Positions 36,194-42,356 of a stretch of 64,000 nucleotides of DNA are shown one piece after another. A model generated the notes under the pieces. It was not told the DNA's origin, did not search any database, and saw only the letters and a program-made list of their open reading frames with translations. This DNA is from Armatimonadetes bacterium UBA5352. Lineage in GTDB: Bacteria; Armatimonadota; Zipacnadia; Zipacnadales; UBA5352. Within the stretch, counting starts at the first letter, position 1, and the number at the start of each line of letters is the position of its first letter. The DNA lies in the NCBI GenBank assembly GCA_002411015.1, contig DHPY01000075.1:28307-92306 (forward strand). The letters are read 5' to 3'. Position numbers and translations under genes: made by a program.

Positions 36194-37594
36194 ATGAAGA
36201 AGAAGGTCTGGTTACGAGGCATTCTGTTCGTCTTAGTAGCGGGCAGCGCCCTGGCCATGCTGTTCACGTCAGGCGGACCAACATGCGCCCAGGACGCACC
36301 GGCAGTCGAGCCGATCGTGCCGCTGCCGGCGCTTCAGGCTGCAGATCGGCCGAAGAACGTGATCGTGATGATCGCCGACGGCTGCGGCTTCAACCACATG
36401 ACTGCCGCGCGCTACTACGAGCACGGCGATCAGCCGGACCCGCTCTATGAAGCATTCCCGGTAGCGATGGCGGTGCGCACCTGTGCGTCTGGTGGCTCGT
36501 ACGATCCGGCGCAGGTGGCCGCTGACTTCGATTACGTCGCCGGCGGCGCCACCGACTCGGCCGCCGCCGCAACGGCCATGGCGACCGGACAGAAGACCTA
36601 CGCGGGCGCGATCGGCGTTGACGCCGAGAGGCAGCGGGTGGAGAACCTCGTGGAGGCGGCGGAGGCTACCGGCCGAGCGACTGGCGTCGTGACTTCAGTG
36701 CAGTTCGCGCACGCCACGCCGGCGGGCTTCGTGGCGCACTCCGAGGGCCGCAGCAGCTACGCGGAGATCGCCAAGCAGATGATCCACGAGAGTTCAGCGG
36801 ATGTCATCATGGGCGCGGGACACCCGGAGTACGACGACGCCGCCCAGGCGGTTGAGGGCGATCGCGACTACCGGTACGTCGGCGGTGAGGAGAGTTGGGC
36901 CGCCCTTAGAGCAGGCACGGCAGGCGGCGACGCCGATGCGGACGGCGACCCCGACCGGTGGGTGCTGGTGGATGACCTCTCGGAGTTCGAGGCGCTGACA
37001 GCGGGCGATGCCCCTGATCGGGTGCTCGGCGTGCCGCGGGTCCACACCACATTGCAGCAACGCAGGCCCGGCGATGCCGGGGCCGACGCATACGCGGTCC
37101 CGTTCAACGAAGGTGTGCCCGATCTCGCCACGATGGCGCGCGGCGCGCTGAATGTGCTCGGCAACGACCCCGACGGTCTCTTCCTGATGATCGAGGGCGG
37201 TGCGGTGGACTGGGCCGCGCACTCCAACCAGTGCGGGCGGATGATCGAGGAGCAGATCGCCTTCAACCGCGCGGTCGCGGCGGTGGTCGAGTGGATCGAG
37301 GCGAACAGCAACTGGGACGAGACGCTGCTGATCGTGACCGCCGATCATGAGACCGGCTACCTCACGGGCCCCGGGGCAGGGGAGGCATGCACCGCCCCGG
37401 TCTGCCTCGGTCAGGGCGCGATGCCGACGGTGGAGTGGCATAGCGGCAGCCACACGAACTCCCTGGTGCCCTTCTTCGCGCGCGGCGCCGGGGCCGAGGT
37501 CTTCGAGCAGATCCCGCTGGGGACAGATCCGCTGCGTGGGGCCTACATAGACAACACCGACATCGGACGCGTGATCAAGGCGGCTCTGCAGTAG
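36194..37594 (+). CDS. Alkaline phosphatase (PhoA family), exported
   Basis: Signal/TM segment after MKKKVWLRGILFVLVAGSALA. Active-site region ATDSAAAATAMATGQKTY (D-S-A nucleophile Ser). Metal-binding DHETGY / HSGSHTN. Confidence 0.85.
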   Translation: MKKKVWLRGILFVLVAGSALAMLFTSGGPTCAQDAPAVEPIVPLPALQAADRPKNVIVMIADGCGFNHMTAARYYEHGDQPDPLYEAFPVAMAVRTCASGGSYDPAQVAADFDYVAGGATDSAAAATAMATGQKTYAGAIGVDAERQRVENLVEAAEATGRATGVVTSVQFAHATPAGFVAHSEGRSSYAEIAKQMIHESSADVIMGAGHPEYDDAAQAVEGDRDYRYVGGEESWAALRAGTAGGDADADGDPDRWVLVDDLSEFEALTAGDAPDRVLGVPRVHTTLQQRRPGDAGADAYAVPFNEGVPDLATMARGALNVLGNDPDGLFLMIEGGAVDWAAHSNQCGRMIEEQIAFNRAVAAVVEWIEANSNWDETLLIVTADHETGYLTGPGAGEACTAPVCLGQGAMPTVEWHSGSHTNSLVPFFARGAGAEVFEQIPLGTDPLRGAYIDNTDIGRVIKAALQ

Positions 37595-37620
37595 ACAAGT
37601 GTCATTCACGGCGGCAAGAA

Positions 37621-37649
37621 GGAAGGGAGCCCTCACCGGGCTCCTTTCC
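37621..37649. terminator. Bidirectional hairpin GGAAGGGAGCCC-tcacc-GGGCTCCTTTCC between convergent alkaline-phosphatase and zinc-ribbon genes
   Basis: 12-bp stem with one mismatch. Located 27 nt after the phoA-like stop and 43 nt after the minus-strand gene stop. Confidence 0.5.
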
Positions 37650-37691
37650 GTTGCACGAGGTTCTCTGGCTTTCCGCCTGCCTTCCGGGGCC

Positions 37692-38084
37692 CTAGTAGCT
37701 GGCGGCCCGGGCTACGCCGCTAGGCGCGCACTTCTCACACAGCAGCAGCGAGCGGTTCCAGCATCGGTCGCAGATCCATTCGCCGCACTGCGGGCACTGA
37801 TGGAAGTGCTCCCCCACCTGGGTTGACGCCGCCCGCAGCGCTGCATCGTGCTCGAACTGCGCGGCATCATCGGCAGGCTCAGAATCGCCATCCGTCGCCT
37901 CGCGCAGGATCTGGCCCACGCTGTCGATGAAGCCGTTCGCGTCCTCATGCAGCCGGGGCTGACAGTCGCTCTCGTAGGCGCTGTCGCAGCGCTCGCAGTA
38001 GAACCTGAAGCGGAAGCTCTTCTCGTCACTCACGTCCTCGTAACCGCCGAACTCGATCGCGACCAACGTGTCCGCCAAGGTCAT
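37692..38084 (-). CDS. Double-zinc-ribbon-like small protein (130 aa), paralog of 39220-39846; last gene of a three-gene operon
   Basis: Shared N-domain with the paralog: F-[RK]-F-[RK]-FYCERC...HFHQC-[PS]-[QR]-CGEW-[IL]-CD-[RV]-CWN-x-S-x-x-LCE-[KR]-CAP. Cys spacing C-x2-C-x4-C-x2-C-x7-C-x2-C. Confidence 0.5.
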   Translation of the reverse strand: MTLADTLVAIEFGGYEDVSDEKSFRFRFYCERCDSAYESDCQPRLHEDANGFIDSVGQILREATDGDSEPADDAAQFEHDAALRAASTQVGEHFHQCPQCGEWICDRCWNRSLLLCEKCAPSGVARAASY

Positions 38085-38156
38085 CTCTCCTCCATCTCAG
38101 GCCTGCGTAATCGTCATCTCGTGCCCCGCCCGCCAGCGTCCTCGCGTCCTCATGAA

Positions 38157-39236
38157 CTACCCGAACAACTCCTCGGCCCACCGGTCGGGTCTGTCGTGGA
38201 TGACCCGAGCGCGCAAGCCGCTCCGCGCCTCCCGCAGGGAAGGCAGGACCTTCGCAAGCGCCACCGCAGGATCCCTGTCGATCTCCTCGCCTCCGAAGAT
38301 CGGCTCCCGGCGGAAGCCAACCTCCGTCCATGCCCGAACCACCTGCCCTGCATCCTCGAAGACGAAGCTCGCATGATCGGTTTCTGAGAGATTCTCGTAC
38401 AGCTCTCCCTGTCGGGCCGGGCAGAGCGCGACGAGCCGCAGTCCATCATTCAGAGGGTTCAGCACGAGCCGCTCGATCGTGTTCGTCATCCTCTTCCAGT
38501 ATTCCCGGCGTTCGTCACAGATAATCTCCGTTCGCTCAATCTCAGCAACGTGGTCTGGAGTGGCCACAAAGGGCACACACGCGTGGATCATCCCGGCCTG
38601 AGCTTCGTTTCGCCAGGGGAGGCCCGCCGCTTCGAGAGTATCCGCAAAGTGTGAACGCGCGTCCTCGCTCCGGCGCGAGGTCTCGGACGCAAGCTCACGT
38701 GTGACTCGCCTGAGCCCGCCGATCCGCGTCTCGCCGAAGGGCCCGCTGAGCACAAGCTCGTAGCTGCCCGGATCGAACTGCGCGCCGGTCAGCTCCGCGT
38801 ACAGGCGCGCGCAGCAGTCCCCGTCATCGGGCACCCAGCGGAGGGCGTCATCGTAGCGGTAGAGTAGCCCGGGGCACTCGCCTGCGCCCTCGAAGCTGTC
38901 CATCGGCCCCTTGCCCGGAGGCGCCATCAGCGTGGCGAGCGCGTCGGCCCTCGCTCGGCGCAGCGCGATCTCAAGCTCGTCGGTGCGCCGGGCGAAGCGG
39001 CGGAGGGCGATGATGCTGCCATCGAAGGCGTTCACGACGCGGATGACGTAGCCCTCGCGGATTACCTGGCCGATCTCATGCGCCGGCCACGCCAGCAGGG
39101 CACCTGCAGTCCCTGTGGCGCGGAGGCCCTCCAGGCCGACGGTCAGATCGCAGGAGACCGCGCCGGGGAGGGCGGCGGATGGCGGCTCGATCTCGCCCGG
39201 CGCGGCGAAGCGGCACTCCTCAGCCAAGCTTCTCAC
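38157..39236 (-). CDS. Hypothetical protein (about 359 aa; start GTG 39236 or TTG 39227 overlapping upstream stop), sandwiched between two zinc-ribbon paralogs
   Basis: Long protein-like ORF. No ATG until far downstream. The ORF-track N-terminal 90 aa (to 39506) is low-complexity R/S-rich and overlaps the upstream gene, so was trimmed. No recognisable motifs. Confidence 0.4.
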   Translation of the reverse strand: MRSLAEECRFAAPGEIEPPSAALPGAVSCDLTVGLEGLRATGTAGALLAWPAHEIGQVIREGYVIRVVNAFDGSIIALRRFARRTDELEIALRRARADALATLMAPPGKGPMDSFEGAGECPGLLYRYDDALRWVPDDGDCCARLYAELTGAQFDPGSYELVLSGPFGETRIGGLRRVTRELASETSRRSEDARSHFADTLEAAGLPWRNEAQAGMIHACVPFVATPDHVAEIERTEIICDERREYWKRMTNTIERLVLNPLNDGLRLVALCPARQGELYENLSETDHASFVFEDAGQVVRAWTEVGFRREPIFGGEEIDRDPAVALAKVLPSLREARSGLRARVIHDRPDRWAEELFG

Positions 39237-39846
39237 CGCACTCGGAGCAGAAGCGCGCGCCCGCCTGGTTCTCGGAGCCGCACTTCGGGCACTCGAGCGA
39301 TGCACTGAGCGGCTTCCCGCACTCATTGCAGAACTTTCCGCCTGCAGCCTTGGCGCCGCAGTGCGGGCAGAGGACCACCGCGTCATCCTTAACGTTGATC
39401 TGCGATGTGTAGTCGGTGTTATTGATGCGCTCGCGGAGCTGCTCGATGCGCGCCTCCTGCTGCATCGCGGCGATCTCCTCGGTGGTGTCGGGAGCGCAGC
39501 GCTCACAGAGCCCCACGCTCTCGTTCCAGCAGACGTCGCAGAGCCACTCGCCGCAGCGGGAGCACTGGTGGAAGTGCGGCTTCACCTCCGCAACCGCCGT
39601 CTTCAGCGCGTTGTCATGCGCGGGGCCGCCAATGGCGCGCTGTACCTCATAGGCGCTCTGAGCGATGCCGTATCCGCGGCCGACGAGGTCGCTGACGGCG
39701 CGCAGCAGGCCTGCCGCGCGGCCCGCACCGTAGGGATGGAATTCGCTCATGTAGCCGTTGCCGCAACGTTCGCAGTAGAACTTGAACTGGAAGCCGACGT
39801 CGGTGCTCAAGTCCTCGTAGTTATCGGTGAACTGAATCAGTGCCAT
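39220..39846 (-). CDS. Double-zinc-ribbon protein (208 aa): N-domain paralogous to 37692-38084 plus C-terminal tandem CxxC ribbons; first gene of operon
   Basis: MALIQFTDNYEDLSTDVGFQFKFYCERC...HFHQCSRCGEWLCDVCWNESVGLCERCAP, then CPHCGAKAAGGKFCNECGKPL and CPKCGSENQAGARFCSECGEKL (DZR-like). RBS GGAGG about 10 nt upstream of ATG 39846. Confidence 0.55.
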   Translation of the reverse strand: MALIQFTDNYEDLSTDVGFQFKFYCERCGNGYMSEFHPYGAGRAAGLLRAVSDLVGRGYGIAQSAYEVQRAIGGPAHDNALKTAVAEVKPHFHQCSRCGEWLCDVCWNESVGLCERCAPDTTEEIAAMQQEARIEQLRERINNTDYTSQINVKDDAVVLCPHCGAKAAGGKFCNECGKPLSASLECPKCGSENQAGARFCSECGEKLG

Positions 39847-39954
39847 CTTGCGCACCCCTCCTGCAGTCATACCCGCGACGATGGAGGGCTCTTCCGCACG
39901 CGCACGGAATGTCCTGCATCGCCGGTCAATAACGTGCGCAAAGGACGGGTCAGG

Positions 39955-41625
39955 ATGTCCGCGATACAGATGCCTGAGATCTGGGGCGACGGGAAGCTCC
40001 TCACTTTCTCCGGGCTGGACGGTGCGACAAGCTGGTCGAACACACTCGTGGGCGGCGCGACCTCCGACCCGCTGGGGATCGTGCTGCACCTCAGGCCGGA
40101 CGTGCAGGTGATCTTCGGCGGAAAGCTGCAGGAGCAGAGCGGCCTCGTGCTGGGCGACGCGGTAGATGCGTCGGTCACTACCTCTGACGGTTCAGGCGAC
40201 CTCAGGTTCGCCTTCCGCGATTGCTGGACGATCGTTGGCGAGGTCACCGGCAACCTGACTGTCCGCCTGGATGGGCTGTCAGAGGCTGAGGCGGGCTTCG
40301 TCACGCTACTGAGCGAGCAGACCCTTGACGGCACGCGCTGGTGCATCGCGCTTTCGGCGGATTCGGCTGAGGGAGCCGCACAGCGCGCCGCAGACGCGAT
40401 CGGAGCCGACCTGGACGCGCTGATCGAGGCGCGCAGCAGCTTCGCCCGGAGCGTAGAGCCTGCTGGCGACGAGCGCACCTACCGCAAGTGCGCGGAGGTG
40501 CTCAAGCTCAACGCTCGTGCGCCGGAGGGGCGGATCGGGCGCCGCTGGACCACGCCCGACGTCTGGCCGCACCGGCACATGTGGCTGTGGGACTCGGCTT
40601 TCCACGCCATCGGCTGGCGTGAGCTTGACGGGGAGATGGCGCAGGACACGGTCCTCGCGGTGATTGAGCTGCAGGAGGCTGACGGGAAGATCCACCTGTG
40701 CGATGCGCCGCAGCGGCAGAACCAGCGGCACACGCAGCCGCCGGTCCTCGCCTGGAGCGCATGGCGCGTCTTCGAGGCCACGCGCGACGAGCAGTTCCTG
40801 CGCGCGTGCTACGGCCCGCTCGGGCGGTTCATGGACTGGCTCTTCGCGAACCGCGACGTCAACGGCAACGGGCTGCTGGAGTGGCTGAAGGAGTTCCATG
40901 TCGAGCGCTGCCGCTGCGGCGAGTCCGGCTGGGACAACTCCCCCCGCTTCGATCGCGAGATCATTGACGATCATGTGGACATCAACGCGATGGTTGTGCG
41001 GGAGATGCAGTTCCTCGCGCAGATGGCTGAGGTGCTGGGCGAGCGGAGCGACTGGCAGCAGCGCGCCGATGATCTCGCGGGGCTCGTCAACGAGCGCCTG
41101 TGGCACGAGGAGATCGGTCTGTACTTCGACCGCGGCCCCGGTGAGGACCCGTCGGAGTGGATGACGATGAAGTCGGGCGCGTGCCTCCTGCCGATGATCG
41201 CCGGGATCCCGAGCGAGGAGCAGGCGCGGCGGATGGTCGAGCAGCATCTCACGAACGAGAGCGAGTTCTGGGGCGCGACGCCGGTGCCGACGGTGGCCTT
41301 CGACGAGCCGCAGTATGATGACGACATGTGGCGCGGGCCAACATGGATGAACATCAACTTCCTGATCTGGGAGGGCCTCCGACGCTACGGCTTCGACGAC
41401 GTGGCGACCGAGCTGCGGAAGCGCTCGATGGAGGCGATCGAGCACTGGTACACGGGTGTGGGCGCGCCGCTGGGCGGGATCTTCGAGTACTACGACCCCG
41501 CGCGTGAGACGCACCCGTTCTGGCTGCACCGCAAGGGCGGCCAGTGCGGCGTAGGCGGAATCTCGGTCATCCGCGACTACGGCTGGACCGCCGCGACGTA
41601 TATCGGGTGGGCGAAGGGAAAGTAG
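39955..41625 (+). CDS. (alpha/alpha)6-barrel glycoside hydrolase, GH63-like (mannosyl-oligosaccharide glucosidase / YgjK / MGH family)
   Basis: WLWDSAFHAIG motif, LLEWLKE..., FWGATPVPTVAFDEPQYDDDMWRGPTWMNINFLI, typical of the GH63/GH37 six-hairpin fold. The ORF-track start 39115 overlaps opposite-strand genes, so ATG 39955 was chosen. Confidence 0.55.
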   Translation: MSAIQMPEIWGDGKLLTFSGLDGATSWSNTLVGGATSDPLGIVLHLRPDVQVIFGGKLQEQSGLVLGDAVDASVTTSDGSGDLRFAFRDCWTIVGEVTGNLTVRLDGLSEAEAGFVTLLSEQTLDGTRWCIALSADSAEGAAQRAADAIGADLDALIEARSSFARSVEPAGDERTYRKCAEVLKLNARAPEGRIGRRWTTPDVWPHRHMWLWDSAFHAIGWRELDGEMAQDTVLAVIELQEADGKIHLCDAPQRQNQRHTQPPVLAWSAWRVFEATRDEQFLRACYGPLGRFMDWLFANRDVNGNGLLEWLKEFHVERCRCGESGWDNSPRFDREIIDDHVDINAMVVREMQFLAQMAEVLGERSDWQQRADDLAGLVNERLWHEEIGLYFDRGPGEDPSEWMTMKSGACLLPMIAGIPSEEQARRMVEQHLTNESEFWGATPVPTVAFDEPQYDDDMWRGPTWMNINFLIWEGLRRYGFDDVATELRKRSMEAIEHWYTGVGAPLGGIFEYYDPARETHPFWLHRKGGQCGVGGISVIRDYGWTAATYIGWAKGK

Positions 41626-41638
41626 CGGCAGGAGGACT

Positions 41639-41700
41639 TGTTGCGGAAAAGCACAATGTTGCGCATATGAGCAACATGGGGTATAGTGGCAACATGAGAC
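41639..41700. repeat. Palindromic repeat cluster (ATGTTGC-n8-GCAACAT; additional GCAACAT copy) at 5' flank of frameshifted gene
   Basis: caATGTTGCgcatatgaGCAACATggggtatagtgGCAACATgag read directly. Related to the cluster at 42293-42355. Confidence 0.45.
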
Positions 41701-42295
41701 ACAAGCAGGCGCTCTCTCAGGTGCGACGGGTGCTGGAAGAGGTCCTGCGGACCTCAGTCAGGGAGATCTCGCCAGCACGAATCGACGGGTGTGAACCGGA
41801 CGCTCTGTTCCAGGCGTCGGGCCGCGAGTTTGTGGTCGAATACGAAGTGGACGCCTCGGCGGATCTGGTGGGTAGAGCCGCCTCGCTACTGCGGCATGTT
41901 CGGCGTGAGCGGCCTGACGCGGTACCCCTGGTCGTCGTTCCCTTTATGGGTGAGGTTGGTAAACGACTGTGCGAGGAAGCGGGCATCTCCTGGCTCGATC
42001 TGTCTGGCAACGCCAGCATTCGCGCCGCTGGTCTAGAAGTACGGATCGAGGGGTCGCCTAACGCCTACGCCCGCCCGGGGCGTCCCAAGAGCCTCTTCTC
42101 ACAGAGGCCCTGCGCCCGCTACTGGACGATCCGGATGCGTGCGAAGCGATGCGATGGCTTGAGGAGGATTACGCCACCATCGATAGCATAGGGCCGATGC
42201 GTCTGGCGGACTTTCAATCCAGAGCGGCCGATGACGAAGCACAGGGCGAGGCTTGGGCTCTCGTCCGCGAGCTTCTGCGTCGCCTCGAGATCTGA
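41667..42295 (+). pseudogene. Hypothetical protein gene (about 209 aa) with a -1 frameshift in a C/G homopolymer region (about 42062-42100), in a lower-GC islet
   Basis: Frame-2 ORF MSNMGYSGNMRHKQ...GSPNAYARPG... ends at 42191. Protein-like text continues in frame 1 (...PLLTEALRPLLDDPDACEAMRWLEEDYATIDSIGPMRLADFQSRAADDEAQGEAWALVRELLRRLEI, stop 42293-42295). Shift point near ccgcccgggg. Confidence 0.4.
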
Positions 42296-42355
42296 ATTGT
42301 TGCGCGAATCCCCATGCTGCGCATACGCGCAACATAGTGGATTTCAGCAACAGAG
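42293..42355. repeat. Palindromic repeat cluster (TTGTTGCGCG-n19-CGCGCAACAT) at 3' flank of frameshifted gene
   Basis: gaaTTGTTGCGCGaatccccatgctgcgcataCGCGCAACATagtgg. Shares TGCGCATA...GCAACAT...AGTGG...CAACA with the 5' flank. Confidence 0.45.
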
Positions 42356-42356
42356 G

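Noticed and set aside
38157-39506. Long version (449 aa) of the middle gene of the zinc-ribbon operon
   Set aside because: The first 90 residues are R/S/A low-complexity and overlap the upstream paralog gene by 287 nt. Trimmed to a GTG/TTG start overlapping the upstream stop.
39115-39954. N-terminal 280 aa of the ORF-track 836-aa GH63-like ORF
   Set aside because: This portion overlaps two better-supported minus-strand genes and reads as low-complexity text. The protein-like region with an RBS begins at ATG 39955.
40306-41529. 407-aa minus-strand ORF inside the GH63-like gene
   Set aside because: Antisense artefact. The plus-strand product carries GH63-type motifs.
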